Position numbers and translations under genes: made by a program. A DNA stretch of 64,000 nucleotides from a virus (lineage: Duplodnaviria > Caudoviricetes). Of the stretch, positions 10,150 to 20,563 are shown one piece after another. The DNA is taken from IMG/VR virus record IMGVR_UViG_3300007177_000042; one strand, written 5' to 3'. How positions within the stretch are numbered: position 1 is the stretch's first letter; each line of letters begins with the position of its first letter. Below the pieces are notes generated by a model. That model had not been told where the DNA came from. It made no database searches and worked only from the letters and a program-made list of their open reading frames with translations.

Positions 10150-11093
10150 TTGCATAAATCAACCATCATATTTGCGTAATGTTTATATGTATTTGGTTTG
10201 TCATGTACAAACCCAGTATTTGTGTTTTTATATTTCGTAATATACGATTCTATAGCGTTAATCATTTCATCGGTGTTATTGAATGATTCGTGATCCGGAA
10301 CAGTGCTATGATTCTTTGCAAAAGTTTTCATTTGTTCTATCGGATTTAGTGCAAATACTTTTGAGTTACACATGGACGATTCCCCAAGTCTTACTGGATA
10401 CTCTAAATGTACTGGTCCAACTTGTTCGTGGAGAGTGACAATAGACCTGTTATAATAACCGATACACTCTTCTGGACTAATAAATCCGTTTCGATTATAT
10501 GTTACTTTGAATCCTCTACGTTCAAGAACATTTAGAATTTTTACGACATTTGGTCTGTTGTTGAGGGTGCCAAAATATGTAACATCAACGTCTTTGTTCA
10601 CAGATCGACGAATATTTGACTGTGCTAGAGAACATGGAATGTACATATAGAACAAATTATCCGTTAACTGATAAAGGTGTTCATTGATTTTTTTACTTTT
10701 TGCAATTTTTTTTCTGAACTCTATAACGTTGATACCCTCCAAACCATATCTTTGATATTCTGGATCGAACCCCTTTGTAAGATATTCTTCGATTACATCG
10801 TTATCGTGTAATATGCTTTTTGAACAAAGATAAAAGTTTGTTTGTGGATTTTTTGCAGCAAGTTGTTCAATATCAAATACTGACCACAAAAATACGTTTG
10901 TTATGTTTGTATATGGAATGTCGAAAAAATCTCCAGATTCTCCAAACAATACGTCTATGTATTTGTTTGAAATGTGATTTCGAAGAGGGGGTGCAAAATG
11001 ATGTGTAGATTGTATGCTCGAAAAAGCATCAATAAAGCCAGTGATTTTGTGTTTATCTCGTATCGCGATATCTCCCGTAACGGCTATTTGCAT
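10146..11093 (-). CDS. Putative GT-B glycosyltransferase
   Basis: VTYFGTLNNRP, YYNRSIVTLH, RLGESSMC resemble GT-B C-terminal lobe. Confidence 0.55.
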   Translation of the reverse strand: MQIAVTGDIAIRDKHKITGFIDAFSSIQSTHHFAPPLRNHISNKYIDVLFGESGDFFDIPYTNITNVFLWSVFDIEQLAAKNPQTNFYLCSKSILHDNDVIEEYLTKGFDPEYQRYGLEGINVIEFRKKIAKSKKINEHLYQLTDNLFYMYIPCSLAQSNIRRSVNKDVDVTYFGTLNNRPNVVKILNVLERRGFKVTYNRNGFISPEECIGYYNRSIVTLHEQVGPVHLEYPVRLGESSMCNSKVFALNPIEQMKTFAKNHSTVPDHESFNNTDEMINAIESYITKYKNTNTGFVHDKPNTYKHYANMMVDLCK

Positions 11094-11839
11094 AAAATTG
11101 AGTTTCTTTCTTTTGTTATAAGCACCGAATAACTATTAGATTTGTAATATACTTGATTTGATATATTTCCAAACGAATCTATTTTTTGAAGTACGTTTTC
11201 AATATAGTCCGTTGTTACATATAATTGTTCTAATGACTCGGGAACAAACGATAACTGGTTCAGAAGATCATTTCTAACCAATATTGCATTACCTGTATAG
11301 CAAACCATTTTATACCCTTTTGTTTGTGCTAATTTTGATACGGATAAAATAGAACATCCACCTGAAGATTTGAATTCTTGATCCACAGTATAGTTACTAT
11401 TTGTTTCTATTAGAACAATTTTTGGACGAAATTTGTTCATTGATTCAAATATCAAACAGTCGCAGGAGTCTACATCTATCGACATCAAACAAAATTCGTC
11501 ATCCGTCAAGTTAAATTTCGATTTTGTGAGAATGTTATCTATCGAATTGTTGTGATTTATGTCTGGTTCAATAAATGCGTTGATACATTCTATGTTTTTA
11601 TTTTTTGATGATAGATCGTTTAAATCCACACATCGAGATTTGTTTCCTTCGATCAATATCGCATTAAATCTCTGATCTTTCCATAAGTTAAATACGTTAC
11701 TCAAATATATGCCGTCCCATGCTCCAAATTCAACAACGACTCCATTAGAAATGTGTAATTCTTTAAACAACTGTTCTATAATACCGTCTTCTCCATTCTG
11801 AGAAAAAACGTTTTTTGCATATTTAATGTATCCATTCAT
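11084..11839 (-). CDS. FkbM-like SAM methyltransferase
   Basis: FSQNGEDGII, VVEFGAWDG..LSN, LMSIDVD. Confidence 0.8.
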   Translation of the reverse strand: MNGYIKYAKNVFSQNGEDGIIEQLFKELHISNGVVVEFGAWDGIYLSNVFNLWKDQRFNAILIEGNKSRCVDLNDLSSKNKNIECINAFIEPDINHNNSIDNILTKSKFNLTDDEFCLMSIDVDSCDCLIFESMNKFRPKIVLIETNSNYTVDQEFKSSGGCSILSVSKLAQTKGYKMVCYTGNAILVRNDLLNQLSFVPESLEQLYVTTDYIENVLQKIDSFGNISNQVYYKSNSYSVLITKERNSILCK

Positions 11840-11842
11840 AGT

Positions 11843-12550
11843 TTATATTTTGATGTATTCCACAGACGGAACGACAAAAAATTTTGTTTTCATTTGATAA
11901 TCATACCAACTTTCGTTAGTATTTGGTTTGATATGTGACGACATTATACAGATTTGTTTGAAATTTTGGTTAATATGTCGAATGGACGATGCCAACATAT
12001 GAGGTCCTGAATTTAAAGAAACAAAAGTATGACAACAGTTGATCAAGTCAACATATGTAGTAAGATCCGGTACCTCAATGTATTCAAATCCAAATGTTAA
12101 TCCGGAAGAATTTTTGTTTACAATCAATTTGACATTTGTATATGTTGACTTTATGTATTTTACAACACGGTCTATATCATATGATACGGTAATAGATCCC
12201 AAATCAATTAACACATCAATGTTTGATATATCGTTTTTTGGTTGATAGTATATCTTTGGAAAGCTGTTTTTTGGAACCAATCCATGAATATATTCCCAGT
12301 TTTTGATAAAATCATCGAATCGATTTTCGTATGATCTTCCGGGAATATCTCCCAATGTCCATTTGACATCTGATTGCCCTTTTATGTATGGATTTTTATC
12401 CCATACTATGGATCTTGTTGATGCGCTTCGAAACGGTGCGTCGTTGGTAAGAAACACCTCATGACCCTGTTCATGAAAACGTTCTGGTAAAGTGGAGAAT
12501 TGCAGCGTGTCACCTAGTCCACCAAAATAAGATTTGATTCCGTGTATCAT
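11843..12550 (-). CDS. GT9 (heptosyltransferase)-like glycosyltransferase
   Basis: GLGDTLQFSTLP and FVSLNSGPHMLA. Confidence 0.6.
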   Translation of the reverse strand: MIHGIKSYFGGLGDTLQFSTLPERFHEQGHEVFLTNDAPFRSASTRSIVWDKNPYIKGQSDVKWTLGDIPGRSYENRFDDFIKNWEYIHGLVPKNSFPKIYYQPKNDISNIDVLIDLGSITVSYDIDRVVKYIKSTYTNVKLIVNKNSSGLTFGFEYIEVPDLTTYVDLINCCHTFVSLNSGPHMLASSIRHINQNFKQICIMSSHIKPNTNESWYDYQMKTKFFVVPSVEYIKI

Positions 12551-13155
12551 GACCCAAAAATAAAACCCAATTGGTAGTTTTCAAAAATAGGAGATTTTCC
12601 AATTTGTGCCATAAATTCCTTTATCAGATATCCTTTGGCCATACTATCTTTATTTATATGATCGTCTATAACGATAAGTGTATGTGGTTGTAAATTCTTC
12701 ATGATCGCACAAAGTTCTTTCAGATGATGAATTTGTGACGGCATTGGGTTTTTTGTATCCAAATCAAATGAGTCGAGATAAACCATATCTACTTTTTCTT
12801 TGTATCCCCAAAGAAATGGAATTGAGTCTGAACATATTATGTTTGATTTTTTACTCACTTTAGAACGAGCATGTGAACAGTTTTTTTCGTTTATATCCAC
12901 TGAAGTAAAACTTCCACCATGTACATTTATAAATTGATCAAACAAAAAGGAGCTACATCCATCGTCACCAAAGGCCATATCACCGTGATCCGAACGCATG
13001 ACGCCAGTCTCCAAGATTACCGGGTTTGATATTTTCTCCAAATATTCAAATATAAACTGAAAGTTATCACCTCTGTTACGTATTGGATTGGAAGGATGTC
13101 CCGGTTTGAACATCAACGGATAATATGTAGATTTAAACGTCTCTGAAAATTTCAT
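12547..13155 (-). CDS. Class I SAM methyltransferase (Methyltransf_24-like)
   Basis: ILETG, VDIN, SDSIPFL, DMVYLDS, IVIDD. Confidence 0.75.
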   Translation of the reverse strand: MKFSETFKSTYYPLMFKPGHPSNPIRNRGDNFQFIFEYLEKISNPVILETGVMRSDHGDMAFGDDGCSSFLFDQFINVHGGSFTSVDINEKNCSHARSKVSKKSNIICSDSIPFLWGYKEKVDMVYLDSFDLDTKNPMPSQIHHLKELCAIMKNLQPHTLIVIDDHINKDSMAKGYLIKEFMAQIGKSPIFENYQLGFIFGS

Positions 13156-13961
13156 GGTAAATATAGGTTTTGGTTTCGTTTGGGACCACAGATCAAATCA
13201 CGATGTCGAGATAATACAATTTTTGAATTTTTGAAATTGGACATCAACAACCATTTTTTGGGTCTGTTGTTTTCTCTTGTACCACCCCACACATCTTGTG
13301 ATTCAAAATCGATCCAATAACATCCGGATTTGTATCCTTTTTTAAACGCTCTATAACACAAATCATGATCATCCATATCCTGTGGAGAAAATGATTCATC
13401 AAAATAATTCAATTCTTGTAAGACGCTGTGTTTCAACAATAACGGTCCTCGATTGACAGAATCACGCATAGCGAACGTGTTTCGATCTATATTTCTTCTA
13501 TCTGCGTGATCTGTGTGAAACAAAATATCGGCCCAATCGTTTCCGTGAAATTCTGATACATGTACATCTTTTGATTGAGGATTCAAAATCCAATTGTGAG
13601 CCATTCTGGCCGTTACCGCAAACACATCTCCGAACGTGTATATCGGTTTTAACATTCGTATGTTCCATCCGTGTTCCTTGACAATCATATCATCTTGAAC
13701 AATGATAATATGATCTCCGTCACTATTTTTTGCAGCCAAATTGTTTGCTTGTGTTTCGAATACATTTGGGGCATATAGTTTTTTTGTTTTTATGGATGGG
13801 TTGGATAACATGAACCGATCTACAATAGATTCAGATTCATCAGTACAACCATCTAGTACAATTACAAGTTCGTATGGACCGACTGTATTTTCTTTAATAC
13901 CATCGAGAACACGTTGTAAAAGAAACCCTTTGTTATGAACCGTTAAATTTACACTCAGCAT
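13152..13961 (-). CDS. GT2 glycosyltransferase
   Basis: LTVHNK, VIVLDGCTD, IIVQDDM, YFDESF..QDMDDHDLCYRA. Confidence 0.85.
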   Translation of the reverse strand: MLSVNLTVHNKGFLLQRVLDGIKENTVGPYELVIVLDGCTDESESIVDRFMLSNPSIKTKKLYAPNVFETQANNLAAKNSDGDHIIIVQDDMIVKEHGWNIRMLKPIYTFGDVFAVTARMAHNWILNPQSKDVHVSEFHGNDWADILFHTDHADRRNIDRNTFAMRDSVNRGPLLLKHSVLQELNYFDESFSPQDMDDHDLCYRAFKKGYKSGCYWIDFESQDVWGGTRENNRPKKWLLMSNFKNSKIVLSRHRDLICGPKRNQNLYLP

Positions 13962-13962
13962 A

Positions 13963-14637
13963 TTATTTCACGTCATTTACATTACATTTTACAAAACATC
14001 GCAATATACTAGGAAAGTATTGTTTGTTGTGTTTTATTATTAAATTTGATAGTACACTCTGATCATATCTGTGATCGACATATTCTGGTAAGTTAGGAAG
14101 ACCACAAACATTTGGATCGTCAGTGATAATACGTGCATCTTTACAATATCCAAGCCATTCTGATATAAAATCTTTGGATTCGTCGGTATTTTTAAATGCA
14201 CATATACCAGCTTCACATTGAATTTCGTCCCAATAATGATGTGAGTCACAGTTCATATAATAAAAGGTATCTCGTTTTGTATACATTTTATTTTTGAATG
14301 AACCTTTTAGAAACAACATTGATGGACTTGTCATGTTTTCTTTTATAACGTCGATTGCCTCTCCAGTGTATATGTCTGCACAATCGATATAAAACACAAC
14401 ATCTCCATGTGGTATTTGGGTTAACGCATCCAATATAATGTGTGGTTTCCACAGACAAAACCCACTCCCTCGTTCTCTATCCAAAATTGTTTTGTTTTCG
14501 GCATAAAACGACGTAGTTTTTAATTGATCAAACGTGTATGTAAAGGTATTCAAATTTAACGATTTTGAATATTCTTTCAAATTCATTTGATGATCTGTGT
14601 ATTTGTAATTTGAAAATGTAACAACGTGTATGTTCAT
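13963..14637 (-). CDS. Putative GT-A glycosyltransferase
   Basis: GFCLWKPHII, VFYIDCAD, HRYDQSVLS. Confidence 0.6.
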   Translation of the reverse strand: MNIHVVTFSNYKYTDHQMNLKEYSKSLNLNTFTYTFDQLKTTSFYAENKTILDRERGSGFCLWKPHIILDALTQIPHGDVVFYIDCADIYTGEAIDVIKENMTSPSMLFLKGSFKNKMYTKRDTFYYMNCDSHHYWDEIQCEAGICAFKNTDESKDFISEWLGYCKDARIITDDPNVCGLPNLPEYVDHRYDQSVLSNLIIKHNKQYFPSILRCFVKCNVNDVK

Positions 14638-14638
14638 A

Positions 14639-15703
14639 TCACACCTTATATTTATCTGTGTATTCCACGCGCGTATAGTATGCTTGCAAATATTCTTTTG
14701 GCTTCGATTTTAAGATGTTGTATAAACGGTCGTTTTGTGAAAAAAATGGATTTTTTGAAGAAGAATTTGAACCACGTTCGTGTTCAAAGTGATAAACAAT
14801 TCTATCTTTTAAATGTAATACTTTTGTTTCTAAATTTACAAAACGACTGTATCGTTCAAAGTCTTCGGGGCCATATGATACAAAATACTCATTTTCACCA
14901 CCATATTGTTTATAAGTATTTGTATTGAAAAATTGGCAATGTCCGAACCAACTTAGAAAATACATTGTTTCAAAATCAGAGTCTACCAATTTTGTAAGTG
15001 ACGGATCCACAATAATCTTGTCTCTACCAGACGGGTTTACCTTGTGTTGAAAGTTTCCGTAGCCATACGGATATACCAAATCATAGTTTTCATTTAGAAT
15101 TTTTTTACACGCTTCCACATAAGATTCAACAGGAAGCACAACATCTATATCATAATTCACCGTTATTGGTGTTTTTGACATGTTTAACATGTAATTTAGA
15201 TATCTAGTTCTATGAAATATTTGAGTATCGTTTTGTTCAAAAATGTGTGTTACATTGTCTTTGACAATATTTTGTAACTTTGAATGTTCATCCATTTCAT
15301 AGATTATGATATTGGTATCTAAATTGGTTGATAGATAATTTATCGTTGCATGAAAGTTCTGTAGTCTGTCGTTGCTGTCAATTTTTACGGGTATTATGAA
15401 AGTAGCATCCGTCAACTTTACAAACCCATTTGTTGTTGATTTTGCATGCTTTATTGTTATCTGTCCCTTTTTTAGGCTATTTGTTTTGTTGATACAATCC
15501 GACAAAAAAGTATTTTCGTTTTGGTTGTAATTGGGAATCGATATAGTTTCTTTAACTGTGTTGGTTTGCTGTGTCTCAAGAACCCGTAACAACGCAGGAT
15601 CAGCATTTCGTCGTCTTGCTTTATCGCTAATATATGAGTTATCGCCGTTCATGTTTTTTAAATCCGATTGTTTGTAGAGTTTGCCAGCATCAAATGTTTT
15701 CAT
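14639..15703 (-). CDS. GT2/GT7-like glycosyltransferase
   Basis: FIIPV, FHRTRYLN, VNYDIDV, GGENEYFVSYGPEDFER, YHFEH. Confidence 0.75.
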   Translation of the reverse strand: MKTFDAGKLYKQSDLKNMNGDNSYISDKARRRNADPALLRVLETQQTNTVKETISIPNYNQNENTFLSDCINKTNSLKKGQITIKHAKSTTNGFVKLTDATFIIPVKIDSNDRLQNFHATINYLSTNLDTNIIIYEMDEHSKLQNIVKDNVTHIFEQNDTQIFHRTRYLNYMLNMSKTPITVNYDIDVVLPVESYVEACKKILNENYDLVYPYGYGNFQHKVNPSGRDKIIVDPSLTKLVDSDFETMYFLSWFGHCQFFNTNTYKQYGGENEYFVSYGPEDFERYSRFVNLETKVLHLKDRIVYHFEHERGSNSSSKNPFFSQNDRLYNILKSKPKEYLQAYYTRVEYTDKYKV

Positions 15704-16518
15704 AGAAGAAGCCAGTCGGGTTGATATAAGTCTTTGGTGTCAAGATCTTTAAGGTGTTCTTTAAACCATCTAGAAGGCGCCACGGTTTTTTTGGAATTGG
15801 ACTTACTAAGCCAACAACCCCACCAACTATATGAACTATTTGCTAAAATATAATGATCACACATGGTCATGATACACAAATCTACATATTGATTTTTGCT
15901 TTCAGAGATGAAAAAATTATCTGATCCAGCAAAAGTTGATTTGGCCCAGTTGATATCGTCTGTTAAAACAATAAAATTGTAAGGTTTGTCTGAAAAATAT
16001 GTAGTCAATGCTTTGTTGTAATAGTCTGTTGTACAAATTCCTCCGTGCCATGGGAAATCTAAATAATCTCCACGACGCACGTGAATAGATACGGTTTCTT
16101 GATCTTTTTTTGGATCAACAAACGATCTTGCTTCAGAAATAATATCATCGTGAAACGTAAATTCTTTTTTAACCAGATCGTTTACATGGTCAAAATACTT
16201 GTTGGTTTGAAAATATCCACGCAGATTTACGTTGTCTCCTGTATTAAAGAATCTATCTTGAAAATGAAAGTTTTGATCACCCTCGGTTATTTCTGGATAC
16301 GATTGTGTTGTATGTTTTGCCGACAAATTAAAACACTTATTCAATGACAATATATCTCTTCTATTATCTACACCAAACTCTCTCCATGTTTTGGAGTCAC
16401 CGATATCATAATTTATACCATATTCACAATTTTGTTTTGATGCAATGCCAAGTAGGGCAGCATATTGAAACATTTGATTGCCCAAACGTCCGTGTGTACC
16501 GATCTTACATGTAATCAT
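15700..16518 (-). CDS. GT11 alpha-1,2-fucosyltransferase-like protein
   Basis: GRLGNQMFQYA, GYFQ, SIHVRRGDYL, NSSYSWWG, PSRWF. Confidence 0.9.
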   Translation of the reverse strand: MITCKIGTHGRLGNQMFQYAALLGIASKQNCEYGINYDIGDSKTWREFGVDNRRDILSLNKCFNLSAKHTTQSYPEITEGDQNFHFQDRFFNTGDNVNLRGYFQTNKYFDHVNDLVKKEFTFHDDIISEARSFVDPKKDQETVSIHVRRGDYLDFPWHGGICTTDYYNKALTTYFSDKPYNFIVLTDDINWAKSTFAGSDNFFISESKNQYVDLCIMTMCDHYILANSSYSWWGCWLSKSNSKKTVAPSRWFKEHLKDLDTKDLYQPDWLLL

Positions 16519-16519
16519 A

Positions 16520-17179
16520 TCATTTTCTTATGTTATCATCAGCTGAAAATTTGGACATGTATCTTTCATTGTCGTTGCGCTGTTTCTCTATCGTTTTTTC
16601 GTGATACAATGATAGTTCATATACATCCGGAATGTACGAATATTTGTCCATTCCAACAATCGTTTCGTGCAACTTTCGTTCCCACTTGATTCTAGGGTCA
16701 TTTTTATAGATTCTACTTTGATAATCTGGCCAATTGACCAATCCATCTTTATTGGTTCTCCACCCCCATTTCTTGATGTCGAGGTCAGTCATCCCAATAA
16801 ACATGTTTTTTCGTGGAACATGAAATACATCAATCTGAGGATTTGATTCGAAGATTGAAGGCAAGTTTAACAACAGTATTTCGTTTGGAAGTTCGTCACC
16901 ATCGATTTGAAATATGTACTTTCCATTGCACAAAGAGTTTCCATAATTCTTATGTTCTCCATAATGGTCGTTCAGAGCATGCTTATGTAGTTTGATAGAT
17001 TTGTTGTTACTCCATCGAGTTAGTATTTCGATGGTTTTTTCATCTGTAGAATAGTCATCTACAACAACAATTTCTTTGGTGTGATCACCGGATTCATAAG
17101 CTACTCTCCAAAACAATTTTTGAAGGTTTTCTCCTTCATTGTGGGTGGTGATTAGATACGATATCAAAATATCACTCAT
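16520..17179 (-). CDS. GT2 glycosyltransferase
   Basis: ITTHNE, VVVDDYSTD, IFQIDGDE, WPDYQSRIY, LHETI. Confidence 0.85.
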   Translation of the reverse strand: MSDILISYLITTHNEGENLQKLFWRVAYESGDHTKEIVVVDDYSTDEKTIEILTRWSNNKSIKLHKHALNDHYGEHKNYGNSLCNGKYIFQIDGDELPNEILLLNLPSIFESNPQIDVFHVPRKNMFIGMTDLDIKKWGWRTNKDGLVNWPDYQSRIYKNDPRIKWERKLHETIVGMDKYSYIPDVYELSLYHEKTIEKQRNDNERYMSKFSADDNIRK

Positions 17180-18489
17180 GGAGTAGGTGGTTTAGGGGTT
17201 GTAGGAACTTTGAGTTGAGGAATAACAATTTTTTGTTCGACTGCAAACTTTGGTACATAACTATCTAACAGTCCGTGTAAAACTTTATCCATTGCCTCCA
17301 ATGAAAATTCCGTAGAGTTTCGTTTACCCAATTCTTCTGCTTTATCTTTTGTTTTTTGACTCATTCCAAAGAACATATTTTTCAGTTTGTCTTGTGCGAG
17401 CCCATATGACACATTGAACCAACCAGATTCCTTTATTAACCACTGATTTGCAGCAGCGGGATTGATTTGTTCGACTTTTCCTTGTAGAAGATTTTCTGGA
17501 TTTGATGATAGAAAATCTAAATGTCCACTCCAATTAGGAGCAAGTACGGGTTTTCCACTCAATGACGCTAACAAAAGAGGATGTCCAAATCCTTCGCCGT
17601 GAGTAAATGAAACATGACATTTAACCTTTTCATGATTATACAAAGCGTTCATTTCAACGTCAGTTAGTTCGCCGTGTACAAGATATACCTTCGGAAGATC
17701 ACCACCGACCATAGATTCTACAATTTTGATTTTTTTGAGGGTGTCAGCACGATCCATCTTTGAAAAGTTTGTGCCACTAGTTTTCAAAATCAAACAAGGC
17801 TTTTGACTTCGATCTTTAAAGGTCTCAAGAAACGTCTTAATCAGGTTGCCTATGTCTTTTCGATCTGTGAATGGAGACGAACTAGTCCACTGACCTACAA
17901 ACAAAAATGCAAAGTTCTCAGGAATAGTAGACATGATTTTTTCTACAGATTCTACTTTCTCATCTGTCTTTTTATACACATTTGTATTTGCACCCCAGAA
18001 ACATACCTCCAAAGGTTTTTCAACTTTGAGTTTTTCGGTTCTTCCACTTCCATCTTTGTAAGTTTTTACATACTCGGCATCAAGAAATACTTTTTCGGAA
18101 TGCTTGGATGTAACGACGTTCATGTTCATTCTGTTCAGTCCATCGATCCATTCACCGGGTGCTGCTGTGGTTTCGATACCAGCCGTCATTCCAATGTTGT
18201 ATTTTCCAATAGGATTGAATTCATTTGGGATAGAAATTTGAATAAACAAGTCTGGTTGTCTATTCAATGGTTCACGAATAGTTTTTTCAAACAACAGTTT
18301 GTTCATTGGATCCGACATGTCCAAATCCTCTACATTGCGTTTGAGTACATTTGCGCCCCATTTTGTAGCTGCGATTTTTACATCGAATTTATCGTATCTA
18401 ATGATGCTTTTTGCGACTTCTTTTGCCCAATCGCCATATCCGCTACGGCTAAATACTGGGGCTTGTATAACACATAATGGTTTACTCAT
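17176..18489 (-). CDS. GT4 glycosyltransferase
   Basis: SRSGYG, FLFVGQW..DRK, HGEGFGHPLLLASLSGKPV. Confidence 0.85.
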   Translation of the reverse strand: MSKPLCVIQAPVFSRSGYGDWAKEVAKSIIRYDKFDVKIAATKWGANVLKRNVEDLDMSDPMNKLLFEKTIREPLNRQPDLFIQISIPNEFNPIGKYNIGMTAGIETTAAPGEWIDGLNRMNMNVVTSKHSEKVFLDAEYVKTYKDGSGRTEKLKVEKPLEVCFWGANTNVYKKTDEKVESVEKIMSTIPENFAFLFVGQWTSSSPFTDRKDIGNLIKTFLETFKDRSQKPCLILKTSGTNFSKMDRADTLKKIKIVESMVGGDLPKVYLVHGELTDVEMNALYNHEKVKCHVSFTHGEGFGHPLLLASLSGKPVLAPNWSGHLDFLSSNPENLLQGKVEQINPAAANQWLIKESGWFNVSYGLAQDKLKNMFFGMSQKTKDKAEELGKRNSTEFSLEAMDKVLHGLLDSYVPKFAVEQKIVIPQLKVPTTPKPPTP

Positions 18490-18491
18490 AG

Positions 18492-19052
18492 TTATTTGTT
18501 GAAAATTTTATTGTCTCGTTCTCTGATAGCTTCTGAATATTTCTGACCTACGCTAATTTGTGCTTCTTTGATCTTTAACAAGTCTTCCAATGTTCTTGGC
18601 GACGACTTGACTGGATTTTTTTGTGCATCGGTACTTCCAAATCCACCTGTTCCACGATCTGTTTCATCTAGATTATCGGTCTCTGTGAACGTGTAGTCCG
18701 AATACTTTTCAAAGATGATTTGAGCTATGGCTGTTTCTTTTCCATCTTTGATAATCGGTAGTGTAACATTTTTATCTCCATGGTTCACTAATGCAACGAG
18801 AAGTTCACCTCGGTAATCTGCGTCAATGACTCCTGCGAGTACATCAATTCCGTGTTTTACGGCTAAACCACTTCGTGGTGCAATACGTCCATATGTTCCT
18901 TCTGGAATTGCTAATGCTATACCTGTTTTGAAAATTTTTCTTTCGCCTGGCTTCAAAACATGACTTTCGATGGCGTATAGATCGTAGCCAGCAGCCAGTG
19001 ACGATGCTTTGGATGGAATTTTAGCGTGTTCTGATACTTTTTTTACGTTCAT
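18492..19052 (-). CDS. dut: Trimeric dUTPase with C-terminal extension
   Basis: AGYDL, GRIAPRSGLA, GVIDADYRGE, IAQII, RGTGGFGST (motifs I-V). Confidence 0.95.
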   Translation of the reverse strand: MNVKKVSEHAKIPSKASSLAAGYDLYAIESHVLKPGERKIFKTGIALAIPEGTYGRIAPRSGLAVKHGIDVLAGVIDADYRGELLVALVNHGDKNVTLPIIKDGKETAIAQIIFEKYSDYTFTETDNLDETDRGTGGFGSTDAQKNPVKSSPRTLEDLLKIKEAQISVGQKYSEAIRERDNKIFNK

Positions 19053-20029
19053 GTTAAGTTTTTAAGTTGTTCTTTGATTTTATTTACATCTGGTGATGGA
19101 AATGTCATACCGATGTGGTTATCCGGTTGAATGTTGTTGATATAATCATCAGTGGTGTGAATCGAAAACGACGGTTCTGGTTCAAAATTTGCAATAGTAT
19201 AGTCCATAGCAGCAATCAATTGATTGCACATGTTTTTTGCATTTAACCCACCTTCATTTAGGGCCCACCGTCTTCCTTCTCTTCCACACTTTTCTCTGAG
19301 TTCTGGTCCCGCCAAGTACCAGTACATTAAAGCTTCAACGATATCTGGAATCGATGCCATGTCATCAAAAATATATGGAGTTTGGTTACTACCATGCATA
19401 TCGTGATGAACTGGCCAAATAGGCTTGGCCCATGATCCATGTTTTTTGTAACGACCGATGTTGTTTGTAGAAAATTCTTTTGTGAATTCTACTGGGTTGC
19501 CGTTTTCGTCAACTTGTCCAATTTGATCCTGAAGACCGCCGGTCACATTCACAATAACGGGTGTTCCGGCCATGATGGATTCTGCTACGCTTAATCCAAA
19601 TCCTTCGTTACTTGCGATACCAACAGTGACATCAGCTAGATTGTACATCAAGTTCATATCTTTTGCTGAAATCTTTTGTTGTGAAAAATACACGGGATAG
19701 TCCTTGCACAATGATTCTTTAACTGCCAAAAGATCAGTACCATGTCCGTGTTGTCCTATTAGTTCGGTATGTAAAATAAGACAACATTTTTCTGATTGTT
19801 CTTTTGTTAAAGAATCACAAAACAATCGAAATGCTAACAACAAATTAGATACTTGTTTTCGTTTTGTATTTCGACTGTTGAAAAATACAGCATAATCATA
19901 TGACTTACCATTGTAAAATCTCTTTTTTCCTTCCAACAATTCTTTGTCATTGGAAGGCAGAGGCTTAAATGTTTCATCATTTATTCCGTGTGGAACATAA
20001 TGCAATAGTGTTTTACCTTTTACTGGCAT
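19049..20029 (-). CDS. GT4 glycosyltransferase, C-terminal part of a split gene
   Basis: YVPHGI, FFNSRNTKRK, YNLADV, NEGFGLSVAESIMAGTPVIVNVTGGLQDQ. Confidence 0.8.
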   Translation of the reverse strand: MPVKGKTLLHYVPHGINDETFKPLPSNDKELLEGKKRFYNGKSYDYAVFFNSRNTKRKQVSNLLLAFRLFCDSLTKEQSEKCCLILHTELIGQHGHGTDLLAVKESLCKDYPVYFSQQKISAKDMNLMYNLADVTVGIASNEGFGLSVAESIMAGTPVIVNVTGGLQDQIGQVDENGNPVEFTKEFSTNNIGRYKKHGSWAKPIWPVHHDMHGSNQTPYIFDDMASIPDIVEALMYWYLAGPELREKCGREGRRWALNEGGLNAKNMCNQLIAAMDYTIANFEPEPSFSIHTTDDYINNIQPDNHIGMTFPSPDVNKIKEQLKNLT

Positions 20030-20562
20030 AGCTTTCCTTCTTTATCTAGATCTCCATTGATAGTTGTACAGTTTTCAGGCCCCAATACCCATTTATTGAT
20101 GTTATATGTTTGTTTGCTTATGCTAAACAAAGCATCACAACTTTGATAAAAAGGTTTGTTCCACATCGGATAGGGCAAATCGTCCCAAATGTTAAGATAT
20201 GTGATGGGTATTTTCTTTCTAATTTCTTTTTCAATAGCATACAACCAATCCCAATATCTTGGATCTGTGAAATGCATGATTGCATCTGGGTTTTCTTTTG
20301 CCATAACTGAGTATAATATGTCTTCGTTTCCATATCCGTTTACCGGATAGATCATTAAATATGGGTCAGAAACATTTGTTTCTTTTTTCATTAGATCACG
20401 AACGTCAATAACTTTTCCGGCTTCTGGATGATCCCGAGCACCTGCTATTTGGACCCAATCGTAATGATGAATGGTGCCACGTACTAATTCTTTAGACATC
20501 GTAGCAACACCGCTATTCATTCTAAGATCATCACTAAGTAATAGAATTTTTTTCTTGTCCAT
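20020..20562 (-). CDS. GT4 glycosyltransferase, N-terminal part of a split gene
   Basis: KILLLSDD..SGVA, DAIMHFTDP, IWDDLP; overlaps the next ORF by 10 nt in the -1 frame. Confidence 0.75.
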   Translation of the reverse strand: MDKKKILLLSDDLRMNSGVATMSKELVRGTIHHYDWVQIAGARDHPEAGKVIDVRDLMKKETNVSDPYLMIYPVNGYGNEDILYSVMAKENPDAIMHFTDPRYWDWLYAIEKEIRKKIPITYLNIWDDLPYPMWNKPFYQSCDALFSISKQTYNINKWVLGPENCTTINGDLDKEGKLCQ

Positions 20563-20563
20563 A

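Noticed and set aside
17803-18477. 224-aa plus-strand ORF
   Set aside because: Antisense shadow of the GT4 gene; no motifs or start context
20030-20045. Programmed -1 frameshift joining the GT4 halves
   Set aside because: No X XXY YYZ slippery heptamer or downstream structure seen; re-initiation or an indel is more likely
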